NCBI GenBank assembly: GCA_964016885.1 | Contig: OZ024744.1 | Span: forward strand, 135,346,001-135,410,000 | Direction of reading: 5' to 3' | Length of the DNA: 64,000 bases | DNA from: Eledone cirrhosa | Taxonomy: Eukaryota | Part shown: positions 49,665 to 61,489 of the stretch, piece by piece | Position numbering within the stretch: position 1 is the stretch's first letter | Layout of the letters: the number at the start of each line of letters is the position of its first letter | Program-made: the position numbers and the translations under genes | Notes under the pieces: model-generated | The model's input: the letters and a program-made list of their open reading frames with translations, nothing else | Told to the model about the DNA's origin: nothing | Databases searched by the model: none

Positions 49665-50384
49665 TACCAGCCCCAACAAACTCTGCCATTACTACTACTG
49701 TCCTTCTCGCCCTTACCAGCCCCAACAAACTCTGCCATTACTACTAGTCCTTCTAGACCTTACCAGCCCCAACAAACTCTGCCATTGCTACTACTGTCCT
49801 TCTAGACCTTACTAGCCCCAACAAACTCTGCCATTACTACTACTGTCCTTCTAGACCTTACTAGCCCCAACAAACTCTACCATTACTACTACTGTCCTTC
49901 TAGACCTTACCAGCCCCAACAAACTCTACCATTGCTACTACTGTCCTTCTAGTCCTTACCAGCCCCAACAAACTCTGCCATTACTACTACTGTCCTTCTA
50001 GCCCTTACCAGCCCCAACAAACTCTGCCATTGCTACTACTGTCCTAGACCTTACTAGCCCCAACAAACTCTGCCATTACTACTACTGTCCTTCTAGCCCT
50101 TACCAGCCCCAACAAACTCTGCCATTGCTACTACTGTCCTAGACCTTACCAGCCCCAACAAACTCTGCCATTACTACTACTGTCCTTTTAGACCTTATCA
50201 GCCCCAACAAACTCTGCCATTACTACTACTGTCCTTCTAGACCTTACTAGCCCCAACAAACTCTGCCATTACTACTACTGTCCTTCTAGACCTTATCAGC
50301 CCCAACAAACTCTGCCATTACTACTACTGTCCTTCTAGACCTTACTAGCCCCAACAAACTCTGCCATTACTACTACTGTCCTTC
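49665..50384. repeat. 49 bp minisatellite, about 14-15 copies
   Basis: CTTACCAGCCCCAACAAACTCTGCCATTACTACTACTGTCCTTCTAGAC; copies at 50201 and 50250. Confidence 0.96.
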
Positions 50385-50580
50385 AAGTCCTGCACCAAAG
50401 AATTCTTGTTTACCGTTATCTATGGAGGAGCGAAGGATAAATGGAACAACCCCGAATAAATAAATGAATATGAATCCGTGATTTACCAAACACCCATACG
50501 AAGCTTTAATTCGGAGACTGGAAGCATACACACTCCCCCGCAAAAATTCACCCTTTCTTACAAATGATGGCGAATGCCCA

Positions 50581-51465
50581 AAACTCTGAGTTTGAACCAT
50601 CAACGTAAGCACAATGAAAGGAAGAGCAGGAGAAATTATAGAGATGCTAGAGTGAAAGGAAATTATCGTATGCTGTGTGCAAGAGACTAGGTGGAGAGGA
50701 GAGTCTGCTAGAGTCCTTATAAGCAAAAGTCAGTGCTATGAATTTTTCTGAGTGGGAAATGACAACGGGATGGGAGGTATAGGTATAGGATTAACTGACA
50801 AATGGGTAGATAAGGTAATCTCAGTGAACAGGGTGAACACAAGAATCATTAAACTCAGACTAGTCCTGAATAAAACAATTGCTACAATCATATCAGCTTA
50901 CGCACCCCAATCAGGGTGCCAGACGAACTTATGAATAAGTATTATGAGTCCTTAATGCACACTACTGCCATAACAAACAACAATGACTTCATAAACATTG
51001 CAGGGGACTTTAACTGTGACAGCTTCTATAAAGTCCATGGAGGTTACGGGATTGGCACAAGAAATGAAGAAGGCTCTAGGCTTCTAGAATTCTGTGACGA
51101 TATGTATCACAAACCTCCAAAAATCCGACAACCATCTGATCACCTGTAGATCAGGGGAGCATTCTAGTCAGATAGATTTTATCCTTATCAGAGGACAAGA
51201 TACATGGACAGTTGTAAAAAGCCTTCCCTGTGAGGAATGTACCTCCCAACATAACTTAGTTGTCAGCGACCTCATTGTCAGAACTAGAAGAACTTGGAAA
51301 CAGAAGGCAACATGGAGAAGAAAGATCTGGAAGCTGAAAGAACCCTCAGCCAGTTACTCGATGCCTATGACAGTAAAGAAGAACAGATAGAGACATTCAA
51401 TGTAGAAGAGCACTGGGAGTTCCTAAAAAATAACTTAATAAAGGTGACGGACAACAGTTATGGTT
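50581..51465 (+). pseudogene. Degenerate RTE LINE endonuclease (APE) fragment
   Basis: INVSTMKGR, CCVQETRWRG, ISAYAPQSG, AGDFN, SQIDFIL, CTSQH; many stops and frameshifts; paralogous to 40377-41723. Confidence 0.88.
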
Positions 51466-51469
51466 GTAA

Positions 51470-51812
51470 ACAATGGCCGATACAACTTGGCACCAGTGAC
51501 ATCACAACATATATATACACTATGTACAGTATATATACACTATATATATATTATATATACATTGTGTACAGTATATATTATACACTATATATATTATACA
51601 GTATATATACACTATATATATATGTCCAAGAGAAAGGCTATGCCGATACAGCTTGGCACCAGTGACATTACAACTCATTTCTACAACTGAGTAAACTGGA
51701 GCAACGTGAAATAGAGTGTCTTGCTCAAGGTCACAACACATCACACGGTCCGAGACTCAAACTCACCACCTTTTAATTGTAAGCCCAATGTTCTAACCAA
51801 CTAAGCCATGTT
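51470..51812 (-). mobile_element. 5' part of a tRNA-derived (CORE-like) SINE
   Basis: Minus strand: TGGCTTAGTTGG A-box, GAGTTTGAGTC degenerate B-box, then ttgtgaccttgagcaagacactctatttcacgttgctccag. Confidence 0.7.
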
Positions 51813-52239
51813 ACGTTCCAGAACCAACCGTGATATAGAGAGACCATAAAGACAACCGTTGTTTTCATAGTTTAAGCCTTAAAATACCTCTCATACATGC
51901 TTTAAGTACATATAAACTCATTAAAACACACTTTTGTATTTAAACACCAACAACAGCCAGTAACGATCGTATAGAAACTACCACCAACTATCATACCACT
52001 AGTTACCAATGAGGACTATTGCCAGCCACGGTAGCCACTTGGTAATACACTGCACATTTCCCGTCAATCTATGAAGGGTTTGTAGTAGATTAGAGCAAAA
52101 CACAATCAGTAAAACAATAATGGAATGAAAAATATAAACATTTCTTTTCATAATTAAAGCCTTAAGATGTCCCTTCCTTACGATATACACTTTAATAACA
52201 TTGAAACTTATTTAATAAGTTTAAATTTTCAACTCTTTT

Positions 52240-52392
52240 TATTCAGACGTACCGCGATAAGATATGTTCTAACGAAAAATCCGCGATGTAGCGAGGATTA
52301 CCGCGATAGGAAATTAGATACGTTCCAAAGAAATATCCGCGATGTAACGGGACCGCGAAAAGTGAACCGCGATATAGCGGGGGATTACTGTA
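52240..52392. mobile_element. Terminal fragment of a pogo/Tigger-like DNA transposon
   Basis: Ends CGCGATATAGCGGGGGATTACTG|TA (CAGT-type terminus plus TA); repeated CCGCGAT subterminal motifs. Confidence 0.5.
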
Positions 52393-52540
52393 TATATACA
52401 CACACAACATACATCTATCTATATACACTCATAACATATATTTCAATTTATGACATTAAAATGTTGACTGAGGGTGCGACAACTGTTTCTTGTTTGAGGT
52501 TGTTCCAGTGGTTAAAATATAGACGGAGGTATTTTAAATA

Positions 52541-52716
52541 ATTGTTTCTACTTTTGGCACAAGGCCAGCAATTACCCAGTACATTACTGGTACTTTATTT
52601 TATCGATCCCGTAAGGATGAAAGGCAAAGTTAACCTCGGCGGGATTTGAACTCAGATCGTAAAGGGACGTAACTATGCTGGAAAGCATGGCGTCCGACTC
52701 TCTACTGATATTGCCA
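52541..52716 (-). mobile_element. tRNA-derived SINE (same family as 42434)
   Basis: Reverse complement aligns along the whole 42434-42610 copy, with more substitutions. Confidence 0.8.
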
Positions 52717-53015
52717 AGACAGTCATGATAACAATATATTTTATATCACATGTAACAGTGGAATCTGATGATTGAAAAATATCACATCAACATTTCAGTT
52801 TGGAAGTTTTTTTTCTATATATAAAAGTGGAGGAAGAAATATATTTTTCCAATGTTGTTATATATATTTTCACTTGTATATAATTACTGGGTCGTTGTAG
52901 GGTTCACATAATTATATTATTTACATACATTTATATAGACATTAAATAAATCTTTGTCAACTTACCTCCTTCAGATATAATCAATGTGTTGTGTTGTTAG
53001 TTTTTATTAAAATTT

Positions 53016-53056
<41 letters not shown>

Positions 53057-53061
<5 letters not shown>

Positions 53062-53628
53062 ACGTCAAGACCGGCGGTATCAAAAGTGAAAGTAAATTTA
53101 TTTTCATTTTCGAACGTCGTGTCTACATTTTGTGTGTTTAAAGGAAACATGCTGGCGACGAAGCTTCTTCTTTGCACGGCTCCATGTGCTCTCTATGAGC
53201 TGTGTGTGCACATCAAGGTCCGCAGGATCTACAAAATTCCGTTCGTGCACCACAACGTCATGAACGTAAATCCCACCTTCAATTTCCGAATAGGAAGCCC
53301 AACCATCGGAGATGATGCGGCTGCCTGGCAAAATCCCTGCTGAATGATGAGGACGAGAGTGTCAGAGCTTCGATTTGGGACTTCTGCAAGGCAGCAGCGT
53401 CTAGAATGGCGGACTCACCATTCTGCAAGCCTCATTATAAGATTACTTCGGTATTGAGTACTGTTCTCTCAACCGTCAACTACACACACACACATATATA
53501 CATATATATATAATCAGTTAAAACGACACTAATTTAGATCTAAACACACACACAAAATGTAAACAGGACGTTCGAAAATGAAAATAAATTTACTTTCACT
53601 TTTGAGACCGCCCGTCTTGACGTATGCC
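53057..53628 (-). mobile_element. Merlin (IS1595/ISXO2-like) DNA transposon, internal-deletion derivative
   Basis: About 62 bp TIRs GGCATACGTCAAGAC...TTTCGAACGTC; transposase fragment IISDGWASY..VHERNFVDP..VHTQLIESTWSRAK at 53104-53331; inserted in (TA)n. Confidence 0.9.
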
Positions 53629-53931
53629 TATATATATATATATATAATTGTTACACAAGATATAATTAGATTAATTAAAGTTACAATGAAGACAGCAGGA
53701 ACGCGGTGTCGTTGGGAATGTTGCAACTCTCGTACCGGTGCCATACATTAAAAGTCCCTGATATAATTTAATACCGTCACACGCAGTTCCAATCGTATTT
53801 AATTTATTGTAAATCAGAAAATATCAATTTTATTTCTATAAGAAAACCTCTACGTAGTCTCTCTAACTGCTAGAAATAGCAGCGATATTATCCATTACAA
53901 CTGCCCTCTCTCTCTCTCTCTCTCTCTCTCT

Positions 53932-54012
<81 letters not shown>

Positions 54013-54038
54013 CAAAAGATGGTTAAAAGAGTTCCATT

Positions 54039-54109
54039 TATTTTATTATGCGCATTTCAAAAACAAATATCATCATGGGATGATATTTGCGTTTTCATCA
54101 GATAAAATA
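54039..54109 (-). ncRNA. Minimal hammerhead ribozyme motif (PLE family 2, copy C)
   Basis: Minus strand reads tattttat-CTGATGA-stem II-GAAA-TGCGCA-TA-ataaaata. Confidence 0.85.
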
Positions 54110-54730
54110 GGGAGACATGATATGAAGCTTAAAAAACACTTGCGAGCAGTGAAGTGTTAAATCAACATATGAAAAATAAAATAAGATGGATATATGAGAT
54201 TGGGAAAAAAAGAAGGAAGGGGGAAGGAAAAGGTAAGGAAGAGGAAGAAAGAAAATAATAAGAAAAAAATATATAATAAGGAAAGGATGACGGAGGAGGA
54301 GTATAAGAAGAAAGGATGAGAGAGGAGGAGAAATGAGTGAGAGAGAGATAACCTTTAATACTGAGAAACACTGTCTCACAGAAAAAAAACCGTTGTAAGA
54401 TAATACATAATTAATGAGGTTTATGAATGGTGATGTTTATGATTAAAGAAAAAGGAATTAAGAATAGTATTTATTTAAGGTTTATATATTGAAGGGTTTA
54501 ATAATATGTGCGAAATCGAATTTATTAAAATGTATTATTAAAATAAAAAATATTAAGGAGATAAGGTGAATGAAGAAAAGTTAAATGAATTATGAACTTA
54601 GAGGAATTAGTTAGGGTCCAAGTTTGTTTCTATGTATTGTAATAGGAAAAAGTAAATAATAGGTTTAATACGAGCACGGAAAGAGAGAAGAAAGAAGAAA
54701 ATTCAAGGAAGAAAAAATATATACCGTCAA

Positions 54731-54761
<31 letters not shown>

Positions 54762-55470
54762 CATGTTTACAAAATTTACTAATGGTAATATTAGTATATA
54801 TTAAAAATAAAATTTGTATGGCCAAGAATATAAGGAAAATGCTATAGTGAGTTATAATATGAATTAAGAAGTAATTGAGAAGTAAAAGTTACAGATTAAA
54901 GATTAGAAATTAAAAAAGAAAAAAGGATAACAAAGAAGAAAATAGGGGACCGCTAACGACATAGAATGAGTAAATTGTATAATATAATATACTGAAATAA
55001 GGTAGAAATATGGGTATATTTGTAAAAGATATAAAAGCGTTTGAGAAAAGAAGATTTTAAACTAATTAGGTAGTAATTAGGTAGTAAGGCTGTATACTTT
55101 ATGGAAAGTTCTATGGGATTTATGCAAGCAGAGCGAAAATAAATCCGTACGTCTATTTATTATAGAATTAAAATTAGAGATAATGGTACATTTCTCGGCT
55201 AGGCAGAGATTACATGTTCTGGATAGGGAAGAATTCTGGTAAGGAGAGGCGTTGCAAACCTTCCTCCAAGAAATGTTGTAGTTAATATTTTTGTCCTTTA
55301 AGGACCATATGAGTTCTGAGAGTGCCGTGTTAGTTCTTTTAAGTTGGTATTTAAAAGACGAATTGTGATTATAAAATCTTGCTTTAAAGGAAGTGGAAGT
55401 GGAACCAAAATAGGTAAAAGAATTAGTACCAGTTATAACCTTACATTCATACACTAAATTTTAATCAAGG

Positions 55471-56220
55471 CATTGGTTACTAAGAGGACATTTAGTTCTA
55501 ACAGGGCAATTACAATTACGATTAGAGAAATTACCAGAGTTATTAACAAGTGACCTTTATAGAAGGAATTGGATTGTAGAAATTATTTACGATAGGTGCT
55601 AAAGTTTCCTGATTTAGATTGGTGTTATGAAGTTACGTTTGACGTCGTATTTAAATTTACGGAATCTAGCCTAGAGTTAACATTGACGTCGGGTTTACTA
55701 TTGCTATTATTATGACGCTCAGTGTTGGATGGATATAATTTATTATTTAATATTTTATTACTGTGTTTAAAGATAATGTTAGAGATGTTGGAAGTGGTGG
55801 AATAAGAGAATTTAATTGTATGTTTGTTAAAGATCTTACTATAGACATTGGTTACTAAGAGGACATTTAGTTCTAACAGGGCAATTACAATTACGATTAG
55901 AGAAATTACCAGAGTTATTAACAAGTGACCTTTATAGAAGGAATTGGATTGTAGAAATTATTTACGATAGGTGCTAAAGTTTCCTGATTTAGATTGGTGT
56001 TACAAAGTTACGTTTGACGTCGTATTTAAATTTACGGAATCTAGCCTAGAGTTAACATTGACGTCGGGTTTACTATTGCTATTATTATGACGCTCAGTGT
56101 TGGATGGACATAATTTATTATTTAATATTTTATTACTGTGTTTAAAGATAATGTTAGAGATGTTGGAAGTGGTGGAATAAGAGAATTTAATTGTATGTTT
56201 GTTAAAGATCTTACTATAGA
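55471..56220. repeat. 375 bp tandem duplication inside the PLE
   Basis: cattggttactaagagg starts at 55471 and 55846; both copies end agatcttactataga. Confidence 0.92.
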
Positions 56221-58461
56221 TATGCGAGGGAGGGAAGCATTTATCTAAGGCCCTAAAAATAGTTTAGGAATATTACTAGTAATAGATAGAGAAAAAGGAG
56301 CGTTGTACCAAATCATATTTTTGTATCTAGGTCTTTTCTTTAAGTTATTGGAATGTTCATAACTAACTATTTTACTATAAGTCCCTCGATGATTGGTTTC
56401 TTTACTGTATTTAATTTTGTCATGATAACCGGCTTTGGAAAGCGCATTATTATAATAATTGGCTTTAGCGTCGAAGATAACTTTATTAGAGAATAGATTT
56501 GAGATTCTTTTTTCAACATTACTGACTATAACATTTTTAATGTTAATGGTGTGGTTAGATTTAAAATTAACATAATTTAGATTCTCATTGTCTTTATGGT
56601 AAGGGTAATATAGGCTAGTTTGACGCTGTTTTCAAATTCAATTTTTAGGTTATGGTGCTTAAATAGATCAAGTATATTATTCTTAATAATATTAAGGTTA
56701 ACTAAGTTACAGTTTAAGACAGTAAAAAGAGCATCGTCACGATAAATTCCACCGCGAAGTTGATGAATTTTCCGATTTAAAGAATTCAAAATAATACCAA
56801 TCAAGTCCGTCAATTGCGCTGAATCCGACGAACCCATTGTGATATCAAAATTGTTGGAAGTATCAGCTTTAGTCCAATATTCGTTGTTGAATTCCAGGAT
56901 AGTTTTTACTTGCGGTGAGAATGATGTAAAGTTCATATGTGGTAATGTCAGAATATTTAAATGCGAAAGATAGAGCGTTGTTGAGGAGTGAAGGCGAAAT
57001 AGAAGAATAGTAACTGGCAATGTCAAACTGAATAAATTTTTGTTTCTTTTTATTATTCAGCTAATTGAACCAGTTAATTACATCAGATGTACCAATCCAT
57101 AAATTTAAGTTAGAACGAATTAGAACGAACCTTCTTTTACCTATTTTGGTTCCACTTCCACTTCCTTTAAAGCAAGATTTTATAATCACAATTCGTCTTT
57201 TAAATACCAACTTAAAAGAACTAACACGGCACTCTCAGAACTCATATGGTCCTTAAAGGACACAAATATTAACTACAACATTTCTTGGAGGAAGGTTTGC
57301 AACGCCTCTCCTTACCAGAATTCTTCCCTATCCAGAACATGTAATCTCTGCCTAGCCGAGAAATGTACCATTATCTCTAATTTTAATTCTATAATAAATA
57401 GACGTACGGATTTATTTTCGCTCTGCTTGCATAAATCCCATAGAACTTTCCATAAAGTATACAGCTAATATCTTACTACCTAATTAGTTTAAAATCTTCT
57501 TTTCTCAAACGCTTTTATATCTTTTACAAATATACCCATCTTTCTACCTTATTTCAGTATATTATATTATACAATTTACTCATTCTATGTCGTTAGCGGT
57601 CCCCTATTTTTCTTCTTTGTTATCCTTTTTTCTTTTTTAATTTCTAATCTTTAATCTGTAACCTTTACTTCTCAATTACTTCTTAATTCATATTATAACT
57701 CACTATAGCATTTTCCTTATATTCTTGGCCATACAAATTTTATTTTTAATATATACTAATATTACCATTAGTGAATTTTGTAAACATGTATATATATATA
57801 TATATATTTTTTTTTTTTTGACGGTATATATTTTTTCTTCCTTGAATTTTCTTCTTTCTTCTCTCCTTCCGTGCTCGTATTAAACCTATTATTTACTTTT
57901 TCCTATTACAATACATAGAAACAAACTTGGACCCTAACTAATTCCTCTAAGTTCAGAATTCATTTAACCTTTTCTTCATTCACCTTATCTCCTTAATATT
58001 TTTTATTTTAATAATACATTTTAATAAATTCGATTTCGCACATATTATTAAACCCTTCAATATATAAACCTTAAATAAATACTATTCTTAATTCCTTTTT
58101 CTTTAATCATAAACATCACCATTCATAAACCTCATTAACTTTTAATTTCAAAATTTTTTTAAATTATGTATTATCTTACAACGGTTTTTTTTTAATTTCT
58201 CAGTATTAAAGGTTATATATCTCTCTCTCTCACTCATTTCTCCTCCTCTCTCATCCTTTCTTCTTATTCTCCTCCTCCGTCATCCTTTCCTTATTATATA
58301 TTTTTTTTATTATTATTTTCTTTCTTCCTCTTCCTTACCTTTTCCTTCCCCCTTCCTTCTTTTTTTCCCAATCTCATATATCCATCTTATTTTATTTTTA
58401 ATATGTTGATTTAACACTTCACTGCTCGCAAGTGTTTTTTAAGCTTCATATCATGTCTCCC

Positions 58462-58529
58462 TATTTTATCTGATGAGAACGCAAATATCATCCCATGATA
58501 TTTGTTTTTGAAATGCGCATAATAAAATA
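58462..58529 (+). ncRNA. Minimal hammerhead ribozyme motif (PLE family 2, copy D)
   Basis: tattttat-CTGATGA (58470)-gaacgcaaatatcat(ccc)atgatatttgttttt-GAAA (58510)-TGCGCA-TA-ataaaata. Confidence 0.87.
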
Positions 58530-58650
58530 AATGGAACTCTTTTAACCATCTTTTGATCTTATATTATTTATACTCCAGTCCTATAAACTGTTGAGTGCTA
58601 CTTATCCGATATTTGCATTGCTTTATTGTGCTACAATAAAACTCACCTCC

Positions 58651-58716
<66 letters not shown>

Positions 58717-58909
58717 TGTGTGTATAAAATGTATACGTGTATATTCATATATTATATCCTCATCACAATTTAAACTCCATTTTACATGCTAACATGGGTC
58801 AGATGAGTTGTCCTCCTGTTGTGTGAAAACTTAGATCAAATGACTATGTCTTGCTCATGCATGAACCATTTTTTGTTCTCTGCAGCTGGGTGCCATTCCT
58901 AACACCAAC

Positions 58910-59228
58910 CACAATTACAGGGTGGACTTGTTTATTTATTGTTGTGTCACTAACATGACCAACCTACAGGGTGGACTCGGTGCCTTTTGTTGTGTCATCA
59001 TAATGACAACCACCAGCTAAGAGAGCAGACTTAGTGCTCTTTGTCATGTCACCAATTTGACTACTTTGGAGGGTGGTTCGGATACTTTCAGTCATGCCAC
59101 TAGCATGACTACTTTACAGAGTGGGCTAGGGGCCTCCCGTCATGTCTACCTCACGGGGTGGACTGGGTGCTTTTTGTTGTGTCACCAGCATGACTACCTT
59201 GCAGGGAGGGTTAGGTGTTCTTTTGTCA
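58910..59228. repeat. Degenerate ~50 bp tandem repeat
   Basis: Recurring ttgttgtgtcac.agcatgactac.ttacagggtggact motif, about 6 copies. Confidence 0.55.
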
Positions 59229-60198
59229 TCTATATATATAAAAGCGAGGATGTGTGTGTCTGTGTACAACTTTGGATACCTAAGGCTTTTACAATTACCA
59301 ACCGAATTTGACCAAATTTTCTGTGCACGTTGCATCTGTCGCTAAGATGGTCACATCACAAACATTTTCAAATCAACCCACGTTGAGCAATAAAAAAATC
59401 GATAGCAAAATTATTTTTTCTAAAGTGCATGATGTAAGGGAGATAACCAATCCTTATAAAGAGAGTGAGAGAGGGGAAATATGGAGACTGTTTTCACTTT
59501 CAAAACAACAATCGTCGTCGGACGAAATTTCAGAAATATAAACATCAGATTCATTTGAAGATAAATAACTAATATTATCGTTTGTTTCTTGTTTATTCTG
59601 AATGTCGTCGTGTGTACAAACTTCAAAGTCGGTATCACTACTTTCATAAGCCATGTTGATAAAAAAAAAAAAAATTTGTTGCACTTTCAAAGTTAAAAAA
59701 CACTTGTTGTTTTAACTTGTTTCACGATATTAAGTGTTAATTTTCGCGGTAAGAGCCTAATCTCGCAGCAGTCTCGAATTGGCGAGATTTTGATGATCGT
59801 TTGTTTATTTTTAGAACAATCCTTATGGGACTTTCCATTCAAAACATTGGCACCTACAACGTTTACATTTTTAAAGTAATTTCGTCCACATTTGAGGCCG
59901 ACATTATCTATGCTTCCAGCTGTATTCCTACACAACAAAGGTTTTTGACAATGAAGGAACATACTGAACAGGATGTAGTTATTCAAAGGATTTTTTAAGT
60001 TTTGCCAGTATATTTTTAATTTTACTGTAACGCTTCAATTCATACATTTTGACTTTACAATTTTTCACCAAAGAAAGTATGCACATATTGGCTCTCGGAC
60101 TTTGACCTCTCGGTCGAAGAAAACAATGCGTATTTAGGAGATTAGTATCGGTGTACATATATGCATTATTAGAAATGACAATAAATGCCGGTGTATGT
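59229..60198 (+). mobile_element. Possible 5' part of a non-autonomous Helitron-like element
   Basis: Begins a|TCTATATATATAAAAGCGAG followed by (TG)-rich text and accgaatttgaccaaatt; no 3' end visible before the LTR. Confidence 0.35.
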
Positions 60199-60586
60199 TG
60201 TGACAAGGTTTTTACTTCACAGAAGTCAAAGGGATTAATATAAATAAATCATTACCCGTGGGTCACAACTCCTAGGCTGAAGTGTGTGCAGAAGAACAGA
60301 GATCTTCTCTTGGAGGTGTTAACATCTTCTTAGGCTGCCGGTAGCATTCTTCTTGAGTGGCGAAGGAAAATGAGAGAGGAATCATCTCATAACAAGGTCG
60401 CAGGTGTTGTTAACACTTTGGGATTCAGGAGGCGAGAGAGAGATCGCCCTGACCTGTCCCTTTTATAGGGTCCGGCCGGAAGTGACAAAAAGGGTTCTAT
60501 CACCCCAACGGGAAGTAACTCCAGCTACTTCCTGTCTAGAGAGCAGTGATGTGATTGTCATGACAAGGGAGGCAACTCTTGCTACA
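60199..60586 (-). repeat. 3' LTR (about 388 bp) with adjacent polypurine tract
   Basis: Minus strand: aaaaatctggcgggggtaa|TGTAGCAAG ... CTTGTCACA; TATAAAA near 60460-60467. Confidence 0.7.
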
Positions 60587-61489
60587 TTACCCCCGCCAGA
60601 TTTTTAAAACATAAAAATCGAATGAAACATGTATAGAGTAAGATGGCGAGCATGTAAGAGGCATGCAAATTATGAGAAAAAATAATGTTTGCAATAAAAG
60701 GAAAACAGCAAAATATATGCATGCAAAAATCAATGATAGATATCAAGGTAGCCAACCGCTCTTGGCCAGAGAACTATCTATCCATCACTCAAAGATACAA
60801 TGTAATCAAAGTAAGAGAAGAGGTCAAAGTTCAAATGTTCAAAATACAGTTCACATGTGTGCAATCACATGACAGCAGGAAAGAATGCATGTGGTTTCTG
60901 GTCTGTGGTATAACGTGAAATTTCCAACCTCCGAAGGGAATTTCTCACAGGAAGAGTGCTGCAGAAATAAATTCTCTGGCTTGTTCTGCTGGTTTTGGTT
61001 GTTGATGAAGCTGTGTTGTTGTTGTTGATGTTGTTGTCTCGCGGAGTGAGCGTATTCGATGTTTAAAATCACAGTAAAAATTTTCACAGAAAAATTGAGT
61101 TGCGCAAAGTGCTAGAAATAATAGCCAAAGTTGATGGTCGATGTTGAGAATGCGTTGACTTGGAAGGGTCAAGAGGCCAGCGACCAGAGAAATAAGCATT
61201 CTGAATAAATGCGCAGTTTTCAACGGCAAATTTACGTGGTAAATTTTTAAACCGGCAAATAGAAGAATATAGCTTGGTGGAAAGAATAAGCAATAGTTGA
61301 GATTCAGCGAAAATAAGTGTTCATGTTGAAATGTGTAAAAAAAAATCAAATTTCTTTTTTTTTTTTCTTTTAAAATGTTCGTTGTAAGAAGAAACGAAAA
61401 ACATATATATACATCCAGTGAAATGGTAATGAGAGGTACATAGTATTACAATAAATAAATAAATAAATAAAAAGAACAACAACAAAAAA

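Larger units (their letters stand above)
54010..58653. mobile_element. Penelope-like element family 2, inverted insertion
   Basis: Minus-strand copy at 54010-57130 (RT motifs FIQFDIASYY, FDITMGSSDSA, GIYRDD; GIY-YIG ORF 55077-55454); plus-strand copy at 57135-58653; ~1.4 kb near-identical inverted arms; (TA)n on both sides. Confidence 0.92.

Noticed and set aside
47836-50384. 61 bp and 49 bp arrays as CRISPR-like loci
   Set aside because: Units are head-to-tail with no unique spacers, there are no cas genes, and the context is eukaryotic.
59454-59690. Acidic ORF (MAYESSDTDFE...) as a transposase N-terminus or host gene
   Set aside because: Short and low-complexity, with no downstream catalytic domain or TIR.
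60254-60275. acccgtgggt hairpin plus CTAG as the Helitron 3' end
   Set aside because: It falls inside the inferred LTR (60199-60586) and CTAG is not followed by T.
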